Positions 24,301 to 36,500 of a DNA stretch of 64,000 bases are shown piece by piece (position 1 is the stretch's first letter; each line of letters starts with the position of its first letter). Source of the DNA: Antedon mediterranea (taxonomy: Eukaryota > Animalia > Echinodermata); NCBI RefSeq assembly GCF_964355755.1, contig NC_092673.1, positions 24,115,648 to 24,179,647 on the forward strand, in the 5' to 3' direction. Below the pieces are notes generated by a model. It saw nothing but the letters and a program-made list of their open reading frames with translations, searched no databases and had not been told where the DNA came from. Made by a program: the position numbers and the translations under genes.

Positions 24301-27300
24301 TTAAGGTCAGTTGTCTTTACAACCTACGACCCCATTTTCGCACGCTAGTTTCGTGTTGTATATTTTTTACTCGCGATCTTTCTTTACAATAACAATTACT
24401 TGCTACCTTTTACACTGCTTATCCTTGCGACAAACCTTATGCCTCTTAACGCCGATAATCCTGCCGAAATATGCCTTCTCCTGACAACCATTATTTTACT
24501 CATTGACGAAGAATTTGAGCCCAATGTTACACGACGGAAACACCACCGACCAGCGGCTCCCCGACCAGCTAGGCCTACTAAGCGGTCTACACCAACAAGG
24601 ACAGCACCAGCTGACGATCGCTCTCGAAGCGTGTATGGAAGAGCTTCGTAGGATAAATGACGGGCCTAGGCAGCGAACGTTTGTCAAAATTTGACACATT
24701 GCCTCTATCGGAGATTTATTATCCTCGAAGGCCGAGTATAATTGGATTATCGCTGAAATAACCTGCAAATTTGGTGAACATTTTACCTCGAATTTTTTGT
24801 AGCCTGAGGCAAAAGTTAATTGGATCACGCGAACGGAAATCGGGAATAAGCTGGTATTTTCAACCCCTACGAACAGGCCCTTAATCACTAGCCAGGCATT
24901 TAATAACTCTAGACCAGATCACTAGACAGGCATTTAATAGTTCTAGACCAGATCACTAGCCAGGCATTCATAGCTCTAGACCAGATCACTAGACAGGTAT
25001 TTAATAGCTCTAGACCAGATCACTAGCCAGGCATTAATAGCTCTAGAGCAGATCACTAGACAGGCATTTAATAGTTCTAGACTAGATCACTATCCAGTCG
25101 TTTATAGCTCTAGACCAGATCACTAGCCAGGCATTTATAGCTCTAGAGCAGATCACTAGACAGGTATTTAATAGCTCTAGACCAGATCACTAGCCAGGCA
25201 TTAATAGCTCTAGAGCAGATCACTAGACAGGTATTTAATAGTTCTAGACTAGATCACTATCCAGTCGTTTATAGCTCTAGACCACATCACTAGCCAGGCA
25301 TTCATAGCTCTAGACCAGATCACTAGCCAGGCGTTTATAGCGCTAGACCAGATCACTAGACAGGTATTTAATAGCTCTAGACCAGATCACTAGCCAGGCA
25401 TTAATAGCTCTAGAGCAGATCACTAGACAGGCATTTAATAGTTCTGGACTAGATCACTATCCAGTCATTGATAGCTCTAGACCAGGATCACTAGCCAGGC
25501 ATTTATAGCTCTAGACCAGATCACTAGCCAGGCATTTATAGCTCTAGATCACAGAGCTAAAATACAATTATCAATGAAAGTGGTGGCATTTTATTAAAAG
25601 GTTAAAATTGAAAACGTACAGTATAATGTATTTTTATCTATATAAAACCCATTTTTGTCAAGGCAAATTTTGAAAATTGCAATATGAAGGGAGAAAAGTA
25701 CACAGCGCTTTATCATTAACATTTTTAGACCCTTGGTTTCTCCTATTTCAAAATGGATTTATCAGTTTCACTGTTTGTATTATTTAAAAAAAAGATTCAA
25801 TGAGTTGACTAAAAAACAAGCTAATTTCAATTATTTATAGATACCAGAAATGATCTCATAAGAAAATAATCAAACAAATGATGCTTTAATGACTCTATTT
25901 ACTCCAGATACTAATGGGTCCATTTTGTGTGTCAAATACATACATGTATTTCTATCATCACATATAGTTATACCTGCCTTAATGGTGCATAATGTGAATC
26001 CTTGATTACTATTGATTGAAGCTAGATGGGGCCACTGTAATCATTGACTTCGTAAATGGTGGGAACCTTTTATTAGCAGTTCGCCGGATGTGAAATAAGA
26101 TCTTCATGTACGTCACACTCTTATTGGTTCTAGTATAGCATGTCGGATTTAATTGTAAATTAATTAGACATGCATCCAATGTGTATGATTCAAAGTAAAT
26201 GAATGAAATATAGACAGTACTATAGAACCCCCGGGGGGTTCACTTGTATATAAACCAAACGGGGGGGTGCAGCAGCCACTTCAAGACATGAGGCACTTGC
26301 GCTACCTGTTTTACTGAAAAATACTACGAACTTGAACTACCATTTACCAAAATCCAGTGTTCTCTAAAAAGACGGCAGAAACAAGGCCACGCCAGAGAGG
26401 GGGCAAAATTTATACTGGTTCCCAGCATGATCTGATCATGAAAAAATCACGAACGTGTTTTGAAAGTTTATCGCGCATCCGCGGGGTGCATGACGACGAC
26501 AATGATCAAGAGTGGTCACAGTTGAATGATTTTGTCCTAGGCTGGATGTTTCGTGTTCTTCTGCTGATGCGAAAAACTCTAGGCCTATTCAAAGGTATTT
26601 AGCGATGGGCTTATAGCATCCAGTATGCTAAAATACCTGCAAAATTTGGCGATAAATCGTGACATTTTGACACGGGTAGGCGGGCTAGGGACTTAAACTA
26701 CTAATTTCACCCTGTCATTTACCACACTTGTGCTACCAACTCTTCATATTTTCCCACACTTGTGCTACCAGGCCCTCGAAAATATACCCGTAAATGTGGC
26801 ACCTCCCCGTATGGAAATATTTAAGAGTGACCCCCCCGGGATAGAACCCCACTTTGGAACTCCCCTATTCAGGGAAGACTATATTCTGGGATAGTCATAA
26901 TTTACAACTCCCTGGTCCTTTTAGGGAACACTTTATTGGGTCATGTTCTACTGTATTCAACCTGGCCCAATTTTGTTGGTTTTCAGTCAGTTCCCAATAA
27001 TAAAAAATATAGGAAGATTCATTGGACATTATTTTGTTTTAAGGAGATGTTACTGTTGTTACATAGTTACAGCCCAACATTTAAAAGATGAAAATAAGAC
27101 TTAAGAGGTTTCAGAACATCTAAAACTGAATTATATTTATAAAAAAATTGCAAACAAGATAATCATCAAATGTTTTCTCATTATCTCTCAAATTTGCATC
27201 CTCTCTGTAATGTCTGAAATAAGATCACTCATAGAAAGCACTTAAATTTTTCAATACACAAAGATAGCAGTAGTACCTCCACAGAATATAGTATTACAAT

Positions 27301-30300
27301 GCACTGTGACTACTATTGATTTCTACTTCCAAAATGGGTGCCAAAATCAATGTTCAGTGAATCGCTAAACTGTGAAATACCAATATATTGTATTATATAA
27401 TACCATGTGTGTGCATTCAATGATACCATTCACAGTTTTTAAAGTGTAAATAGGAGCTAAATAATAAGATAAACAATCATTTAAATGTTAATGTATACAC
27501 TATTTGTAACCTTGACAGTAGAAAAATAATGAACTGCTAGACAGTATTGTTAAACACTATAAACAGTTTGAGCTATTGAACGAACAAAATACAGGTAACA
27601 ATAGCTCATTAAATTGTTAATGTACAGTATGTATATATTTAAAGCATTTGGTCTTTCAGAAAGTATGAATTTTAGCCAACCTATGTCAACTATGCCTCAT
27701 CGTAAAGGGTCTTTAATTATTTCTACCACACCATTTCCCCTATTTTATTTATTGCCATTTCTACCCTTCTATTTTCTACATCCTTGATAAAGGATCCTAA
27801 ATAAAATATGTTACGACTCAAGTGTAGGCTTTTTCCAGACATAATAAAGAAAAGAGCTCTGTATTTTTTTTGTCCACTTGTTAAACAAACAGATACCACT
27901 TCACAATATGTTGGCTTGTAAATGTTTAACCTTTTCAGTTTTTGTAACTGTATTACTTTAGGTTAATACTGAACTTATTTGAAGTACTCTCATTACAACT
28001 GCCATATGCTGAACCTTTATGCTACATACTTACCTATTTTAAAGAATGTTTATGAGAATGGGAATACAATTTTCATATGAATTGACCGGACATAGCTTGG
28101 TTTCATCAAATAAAAAAAAAACGTCAGGCTTTCAACTTTTGAACATCGCACATGAATTCCCAAAAAGTTATTCTAAAATTATTTAAATTTAAAGGCAATG
28201 TTTTCTTCTTATAATTTCTATTTAAGAAAAAACTAAACTGTACTTATTTTTTATTTAATTTTTTTTTTTTTTTTCTCAATCTCTCTTCTCAATAGTTAGC
28301 TTGTCTATTTTTAGGTCTTCTCCCCTCAATCTTTTTTTATTGTTGAATTGAACTATTATTTTGTAAACCAATTATTGAATTATTTTGTTAAAGTAATCTG
28401 GGGTCACTATCATACAAACCTCCTAGTTTTCTGAGACCCTAATTCAACAAGTTTTTGAATCATTGTACATACTATTATTATTTTATTTGTGATTTGATGT
28501 ATACATATTTTTTGTATTTGAGGTCTGGCATATTTTGTCTTACCTTTTTTGCGCCAAGTTTAATGGCTTTTTCTTCCGCTGCTTTGAAGTCATCGTCTTG
28601 ACCTACATTTGCCTGTAATCATTAAATATTTCACAACTAAAAGTTTGCAATTAGATAAGAATCCAAATTAGTAAAATAACTGAAAACATGGCAATGCTAT
28701 GGAATGGATCTCAATGGAAATATAAATAAAACAAGCAATAATCAAAATGATGCAAATAACTTTTAAGCTGGGTTTATATCGACATGGAATGCAACTTATC
28801 TCAATTAAACTCAACTGAAATGAACAAGTAAAGTGCAACAGCGCTTTTGCCATATTTCGAGCTGATTTTGGCTAGTCGTGGTATGCTCAAAGCAATATGT
28901 AGTTATTTATGAACCAGTCTTCCATGTCAGGGCCGTAGCCAGGGGGTAGTCAAGGGGGGGTTCGGACACTAAATATTTGGGTCAACCCCCCCCCCCTGGG
29001 GGTGGGGCCTGATGCGAAGCGAATTTTGTTAAATGACACCCCTAGATGGCCGGAAAAGACACTCTCGTGCAGCATGCTACCAATGAGCAAAAAGATCGTA
29101 CTTTTTTCCTCCTTCTCAAACACGTCGATAATTTAAAGGACGATAACTATTTGTTGCCGTATGTTAGATGCGCGTGCTCTGTGCGGAACCGCCGATTGTT
29201 TGATCATTTACTCCGTATTTTGTTTTGCGTTCAAGTTCAATGCGAACGTACATCTAGGAGCAGCCCCGAAAAAAGCACACTGGTTGAAGGCAAATGCTAT
29301 TTGCTAGCTCTATCTATAATATTTATTTACAGCAATTTGTTGAGGAATATAAATAGAAATAGAAAAAAATAATCGGATGCCATAATGTGAACTACAGTAC
29401 ATGATACCATAGATATTATAGTGTAATATATTAATATTCACTATAATCTTCTATGATACATTATACTTCATAGTAACACATAAATACTGATGTACGTCGG
29501 AAGGCTATATACTTTATGCATGCTGCCTGACTGCCAGTGATCTAAACAATTATAGGTACGCAGTTGTCTGGCGGTGTCCTTTGTACGAATCGTCCGTGCC
29601 CCAGTTCGCTATGAGACGCGTCAATATCATGTTACATGCAGGGACCAAACATTTATTTTTCAGGTTAAAATCGGCAATTCATTTGCAGCTTTTAGAAATT
29701 TACAGACATGTATCGCTAGTTGACGCTCATACAGAGAAGAAGGTTCACGAACAAGTTTACGAATTTTTCAATTTACAAACAACTTTTTGTACTGTGGGGC
29801 ACGTATTTGGAGGATTTTTGGAGATGAGGGTGAGGTATTGGGCATGTCGGGGATGGGGGTTCGCAGTCGGTTAAGGGGGGTTCGCTGTAAAGGGGGGGTT
29901 CGCCCGAACCATAAAAACCCCCCCTGGCTACGGGCCTGCATGTCAACATTTTAAAACCACCCACCCAACAAAATTTATTTTAAAACACTTACTTATTTAT
30001 TCAAATTGTACATTTTTAACTATTTCCAAAACCAAAGCATTTTCCCCGACTTGAAATCACTGAATTGGATTCACATACATTCCCATAACTTTCCCCAATT
30101 GATTGCACAAAGGAGGCTTATTCACTTTTTTTTTAGTTGAATAGGTATAAGAGTTAAATACAAAAGATTACCTGCTTCTTTTGTAATACTGTATTTTTTT
30201 AATACAGTTGTGTGTGTATTAAAAATTAGCAAAAACAGTTGAAAAAATGCATACTTTTATTATAATTGTTATGATTATAAATTAAATTCTCATTATTCCC

Positions 30301-31595
30301 GACAATGGTTTTTTTTGTATTATTATAATCTGCTATTATATTATAATGAATTACCAGAGGCAATGTGTTAGCTATTGCACCTGTTATAAGGAGACAGATA
30401 ACATTCCATACGTTTTTCTATGTTAATAAATTTTGCATTCATAATGTACTGAAATATGCAGTCATTTTATCATTGGCTTGGTTTAGTCACCATGCGAGTA
30501 TGTATTGTACTACCCTATTCTACAGTTCTAAATCTGTCTACACTATTCAATTCAATTCAATTTCTTTATTGCTGCAAATGCCATCAAGGGCTAATATCCG
30601 CTTAAACACACTTCATCATAGAAACATAATTATACATATTTACATTTAAATTATAGTCATTACTACTGTAGTAGTTATTATAATTTTAGATTGAAGTTTA
30701 TTATGTGACAAAAAAAGTGTGACATGCCAAAATTTGATAGTGAGTTGCCCAAAAATGGAAGTGATATGACATCATCATGTCCATATATGGGAACATAACA
30801 TAAGTTTGATAGTGTACAAAAAGCTTAAGGGTGGTTTGTGCTGTATTCTGAAATATTTAATAATAAACATTTATATTTTTTTTAAATTACAGTTAACACA
30901 TTAAGTTATAAAAAATGAAAATAAATGTAAATGTAAAATCAATTGTTAAATTTAAAAATGATATAGCTCTGAGTTTGAAACATATTTATAATTTTTATTT
31001 ACACTTTTTATAATCCTGTAGCAATTTCATAAAAAAATATGTGGAGAAAATATCCCTTAAAATGTCTGGCTATGGATTTACTATGTAATCTTAATTTCCT
31101 GGTTAGCAGCGCTTGTAAAATAGTAGACCAGACATAAAAAGTTGTGTATTTTAAGATTATATTGCATACGGGAAAACTAAAAAATTCATCATCAAAGTGC
31201 TTCCAGCTTCCAGCGATCCAGATAAACACTTATGTTTTTTTTTTAAATTAGTAAATAATTATTTTAGAATTAAAACAATTTTTTTTTATAATTTGGTTTT
31301 ATTGCAATTACTTTTATTTCTTGTGAATATTTGTAGACACCAACACACCTCCAAAATGATTGGTGGACAAAATAATCAGACACCAAATTAAAATATTTAT
31401 TATAGGCCTAGTGTAAATATTATAAATATATAAAAAATAAAATAAAAAATAGTAAATTACCATGTAACAGACAACATCATAGCTCTGTTCCAGAAGCCAG
31501 ACCAATATACAGGACGTATCAAGGCCACCACTGTAGGCTAGAACCACGGTACGGTTACCATCTGCACGCGATTTCTTTGAGTTTGGTTCAGCCAT
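12397..31595 (-). CDS. ASS1: Argininosuccinate synthase, complete, 11 coding exons, 427 aa
   Basis: Exons (minus) 31595-31461, 28612-28544, 19671-19483, 17264-17208, 16058-15882, 15505-15415, 15174-15090, 14395-14257, 13547-13333, 13077-13012, 12457-12397. All introns GT-AG; total 1284 nt. Motifs: [79 protein letters not shown]. Confidence 0.97.
13674..14017. repeat. 44-bp minisatellite, 8 copies (one with an internal deletion), in an ASS1 intron
   Basis: Unit TTATCTGCCTCAGAGTGGGTATCCTCACACCCACTCCAGGGTTG; copies near-identical. Confidence 0.95.
14822..14994. mobile_element. MITE remnant
   Basis: Imperfect TIR TGGGCGACGCCATT...AATGGCGCCACCCA with internal CATGGAG/CTCCATG symmetry. Confidence 0.5.
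17377..17503. mobile_element. Tc1/mariner-type MITE (family G)
   Basis: CAGTAGAA...TTCTACTG termini. Related copies at about 26216-26954 (interrupted), 45820-45900 and 58692-58783. Confidence 0.6.
17899..19460 (-). mobile_element. Non-autonomous Helitron/Helentron-like (HINE/DINE-1-like) element
   Basis: On minus: 5' hairpin TAGGTGATCATTT/AAATGATCACCTA (19426-19457), subterminal IR TAGGTGAT/ATCACCTA, 3' hairpin AATTCGTCA-N3-TGACGAATT followed by a CTAG terminus. No TSD seen. Confidence 0.7.
20162..20517. mobile_element. Harbinger-like MITE
   Basis: TIR AGGGCAATTTACACAGACGAG...CTCGTCTGTGTAAATTGGCCT. Confidence 0.75.
20687..21034 (-). mobile_element. 5S rRNA-derived SINE (SINE3-like)
   Basis: 20918-21034 (minus) is a diverged full-length 5S sequence (TACCACCGTTGAAATACCGGTTCTCGTCAGATCACCGAAGTTAAGC...TTGGATGGGAGACCATCTGGGAATATCGGGTGCTGTA). 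It has no T-run terminator and is followed by a body of about 200 bp and an (AATAA)n tail. Confidence 0.8.
22735..25552. repeat. 31-33 bp tandem satellite array (about 2.1 kb net) in ASS1 intron 2
   Basis: Unit approx. ATAGCTCTAGACCAGATCACTAGCCAGGC(A/G)TT(T/C), dozens of copies, interrupted at 24164-24881. Confidence 0.95.
24164..24881 (+). mobile_element. PIF/Harbinger-like deletion derivative inserted in the satellite
   Basis: Imperfect TIR AGGGTCGTGTTCGTA..TTAAAATA / TATTTTCAA..TACGAACAGGCCCT. The GC-richer interior has a short ORF (24400-24651) that may be a transposase N-terminal remnant. Confidence 0.65.
26230..26840. mobile_element. Non-autonomous DNA transposon with CCCGGG termini
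   Basis: CCCGGGGGGTTCACT...AGTGACCCCCCCGGG with an 8-bp TSD ATAGAACC, nested in a family G MITE. Confidence 0.8.
28928..29938. mobile_element. Non-autonomous DNA transposon, CAGG..CGTAGCCAGGGGG TIRs
   Basis: CAGGGCCGTAGCCAGGGGG...CCCCCTGGCTACGGGCCTG flanked by the 5-bp direct repeat CATGT. Confidence 0.8.
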
Positions 31596-32446
31596 TTTCA
31601 GTAACTGGGCCTATAATGCGGAATACTAAATCCATAACTATATGCTGTAATCTAATATTGTTATTGTATACAAAGTATATGCTTCCCCAAATTTAGGCAA
31701 AATATTCACACACAGGATTCATTCTCACTATCAATCAGTATATATAAAAATCACACTTCTCTGTTTCCAATAAATTCTATACCCTAACTGTCCCATGGGA
31801 CTAATACAACATTATACTCTTTTATCATTTTTGTTTGTTTACCTTGTTATTGATACAACACATTGACAAGATTTGTGTTTATTAATGTGTCTCTATTATA
31901 TAATTATTAATAGACCCCTCATCAGTGTACAGTAGGGCCTATTCATTGTTGTTGTATCCAGGGAGGATGATGATGCAATACCAATCAATAGCCTACATTC
32001 TACAATACATGCATCCAATGCTTTATTGCATCATGCGACATTGTTTATGTATGAGATTTAACAACGAATTAGTTATTTGTGTGTATTACAATGAATGAAC
32101 AATTCTAATATGTATGATATTGAACACGCATCATGATCTACAATAACCCCACCACAGACAGGTATCAACAAATACACCGGCCGGCTAATGTGTAAACATA
32201 TCATACAGGCCGGATGCAAAAAAACAACACACAAGAAAACTACTCAAGCAGAACGAGTATTTCTCTAAGCCTAGGCAACAACCGCGAAAGAGTGGATCAA
32301 AAAAGCATTTAAATTCTGGGTCTGCACACATAAAAACCAAGTAAATGTTAGAGGATTACTTAATTACACTCTTGTGCAAGTACAAATGCTACATATATGC
32401 ACTGTTATTACCTAATTATTATTTTATTTAAATGTATACTACTCAC

Positions 32447-32610
32447 TTCGTTTACTCTACAACGTACACTGCATGCACACACGGAGTCTTGAGAATGAAT
32501 GAATGAAAAAAAAAAAGAAAACAAAACGCACGCTGGCTGTGTGTGTGTATTCGATCGTCTATTTCCGGCATAACCGGCGCTGTTGTACTTAAAGCCAATC
32601 AGGAAAGGGT
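32447..32610 (-). promoter_or_regulatory. Putative ASS1 non-coding first exon and promoter
   Basis: GTGAGT donor (minus) at 32446-32441 and an acceptor at 31611 just before the ATG exon. Locally CpG-richer, with a CCAAT box near 32596. Confidence 0.4.
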
Positions 32611-33500
32611 ATGGCCTCCAAAATCCTTGAATTGGTTATGTCATTTAATAAAAAGTTTTCAAATTTAAAGTTGATTATTATTATCATTTTCAAGTTATTA
32701 TGGAGGGAAAAAGAATTTCTCTGACAAAACACAGTTACGCAATCTTTTTTTTCTGTTTTCAACGACCACGTTGGCGCATTATTATTCAGTAGTACTCTCG
32801 ACGTAATTTTATAAATGTTAGCGTCCACTTCTCTCTCAATGTCTGTCCCTTCCCCAACCAGCCTACTTAGATTGTTAATGAGATACTATACTGTAAACCT
32901 ACCTACCTTTATTCCTTTAGAGGAAAATGTTCGCACAGACATGGAATTGTCTCGCTTTAGTATATAGAATATCACACAACTTACAAAAACACATAACACA
33001 CATTTGGACAGTACTAAAATATACATAATATATTATTTTTAAAACACCGATTAGTATTTCTATAATACACGCAGCATTCTCTGATTTAAAAAAATTAATG
33101 ATGCTTCAAATGTAATTTTCCACGGGTAAAAATGTTTTATATTCACTTAGTACTTCATCTACACTAATATTGCACAACCACACCGGTACTGGTGTCATCC
33201 ATTGTTGAGATTGTCGTAGTATGGTTGGCATTGTTTCTCGTCTGAACAGGGCTCTATATTGTCGTCCATTCGTAGATATCCTCATGCATGGTATGGATTG
33301 CATTGCTTCTTCAAGGTTGGCATTGTTAAAATTTCTTAAATTCGACGGATCCTCCTAATGCAGAAGAATTGATCCAAATAGTCTATTCTATATTATATTC
33401 TATCCATGATCCACAAAATACACGTAAATGAAAAGGGGCAATGAAGCCACCGATGACAAGGTGACAAGGTCTTTCCTTGTTTAATTTTTTTTCGATATAA

Positions 33501-36500
33501 TTATCTTCGTTCTGCATGAAACGCTGTTGCAATACCAAGAAGACGTTTTCGTTCAAAGGTATTTGATTCCTTTAGAAGTTTTCTCACCAGAGAAGACCGG
33601 TTTTGCAGCAAAGTATAAGCCGTATCAAACTCGACAAGTTCGCCGTCATCAATAACCTATAAGAATTAAACATGATTAGCCATAGCCTTGAGAAAAAAAA
33701 AATACAAAAATGTGTGCGTCTGCAATGCATTATTAAAAAGAAATCGACAATATCAATCGGCCGCCTTTCCTGCCGCGTCATTTTTGTAAATCGAAATGTC
33801 GCCCTCTATATCGTCACACAATTTGTGCACAAACGGTGGTGACCTACCGCACCACAAGCCAGATACATTACGTCGAATAACTAATTCAACCAGAATCTCA
33901 GAATGCTCCGAAATGCAAATAGGCTAAGTGTCTTTTTAAATTTAGGCTTATGATTTCATCTTGATTTATCGTAACAAAATGCAGCGTCACTTACCATTAC
34001 CCTATCAGAATCCATAATATTGTTGAGTCTGTTTGTGATTGTAAACACTGTACAGTATTTAAAGTGACTTCGAATCGTGGTTTGTATCAATGAAGTTATA
34101 CTATAAAAATAAATCAGCGTTTAACAAAATTGTCACCATTATCTTTATACGCTATTTTCGGTGTAGATGTGTCTTTGTTTAAATTGACCAGTTACAAAAG
34201 AATTATAGCGTATTATCACAAGCAATAACACAGAGAAGATGACAACTGTAATGACACCATGATGAAGGGCCGCGTACTCTAACGTGGTTCATACGCGCGA
34301 CCTGAAAGAACTACAGGGGAGCGTTAGTAAAATACTACGGTACAAATTTATCTTTAATTACTTATTATTATACAAGATTCCCAATCTTACTCGATAAGTA
34401 ATTAACAGTATTAATTTACAATATAGATTAATATTTTAGTTACTGAATTTATTTGAAATACTTACATCTGGTCGTCGCTTTTTATCGGTTCCTCTACAAT
34501 AAGAATTTTATTGCGTCGAAGAATAGCTCTTGCAAGGTAGATCAACTGACGCTGTCCGACACTAAACTGGTTTCCTCCATCTCCTACCGTCATGTCCAGC
34601 TTCCCCATGCACTCTCTTACAAACCAGTCTAATCGAACCTGAAAATAATATTACACAAACCTATATTAAATAGGCTTGGGCACCTGTCTTCGTTTGGAAG
34701 GGTTTACTTAACTAAATTAGTCAGTCTTCAATTGCTATAATTTAAGACAAACTTAACAACTTTCTGCCTCGTCATTTTTCTTGTTAAGCGTATTACGGCT
34801 AAATTTTCATGAAGACGGTTGTAGCATAGCAACCAAAACGTCAAGACCTCCTCAACCATACTGATATTTCCTTTTAATAACACATTACAACTCTATTACT
34901 ACTATTATAATATGCGCTGTATTAGTATTATTATTATATTTAAAGCAATAAGTTTGTATAAGTTTACTGGGAAGAATATATGAGCTGAAATATTGACTGT
35001 TATATTCGGTGAGGTTGAGCCTAGTTGAATTTCTTTGGAATCCTGCAAGTGACAAGAAACTTGTTTTCTTCTTTTACATGATCCTCAATAATGTCTTAAT
35101 TATATATATGCTATTGTTATTTTGCCATTAATGAAATCAATAAATGTTCTTGAAACTGAATCAGTCAATATTTCAACAATTTTCAAATAATTTCAAAAAG
35201 GCAATAATTCTATCTTACCCTTTTCAAAGCTTCCCATAACGCAAAGTCGTTGTATTCTCCAAATGGGTCTATATTAACACGTAGTGATGTTGAAAACAAC
35301 ACTGGATCCTGGAATAAAACAATTTTAATTTTAACCATTCAGCCAAGTTTTTCTTTTTTAAGAAAAAAAAAGTGTTTTACAGACAATTAAATTGCCACGG
35401 CCCAAAGTCGGTAATTCACGGCTTCACATAGACATCATCGTGAATTCACTAAAAATCAAAGCAAAACAAAAATGTACGAAGGCCTATTTCTTACCTTTGG
35501 GACAATTGATATCTTTTTTCTAAGGTTATAAAGACCAAGAGCACTGATGCTGACACCATCGATCAATATGTTTCCTGTAGGCTCCGCAAGGCGGAAGAGA
35601 GCCGTTGCTATTGAGCTCTTACCAGCACCTCTTCTACCCAATACTCCAATCTTTAAGATAAAAAGTAAGTGTAACTTATTGTTTTGAAATATAGAATAGT
35701 TAATTATATTTATTGTCATACATTCATTGTCAGGTACATCCCTAACGCCCAAATCAGACAGCGTCGTACGACGGGGCCCGACGAGTGGTCTCGTCGGGAG
35801 AAAATTAAATATGCTTAATGTTCTTCCGACGACGACCTAAAAACTACACCCGACGCTATCTCAAGATGTCTCGTCTCGTCGAGATTCAACTCAGACAGTA
35901 CCGACGAGTCAAGACGTTCCGTCGGGCCTCGTCGTACGATGCTGTCTGAGTTGGCCTTTAGACCCAAGGCTCAAGAAACCCATATTCTTTTACGGACAGT
36001 GGCCAAGACAATGATATGGCTGTATAGACACGCTATAGTTCATCTTATGGTTTCATTGTTGGTACTTAAAACAATTTACATACTAAATTATTTGAGTTTT
36101 TATAACAGTTTTTGACAAGATTTTTTATAATATGCAACAGTCTTACCTTTTCACGGTGTTCTATATTAAAACTCATGTTCTTTAAAACGATAGGACTTTC
36201 AGCCGAATATGACAGAAAGACATTACTGAAGGTTATGTTGCCTTCTTCAGGCCATGATGCCGGTGGTTTCGTATATTTATTGAATCGTGGCGCTTCGGGA
36301 AATAAGTGCGTGTAGTCTGTAACTCGTATTACCGATTTCATCTATCAAAACAAAACGTATTTACTTTTTTTACAACGCACTTACATGTTTAAAGCACAAA
36401 GTGCCAACTTTACTATTGGTCAGATGTTTGCTCTACTCTGATGTAATCTGTACTTCATGCTAAGAGCATTGACGCAACGTTACTCCGCAGTAGTTACAAA

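Noticed and set aside
22735-25552. CRISPR-like array of ~32-bp repeats
   Set aside because: Units are contiguous with no unique spacers, no cas genes are present, and the array lies in a eukaryotic intron. It is a satellite.
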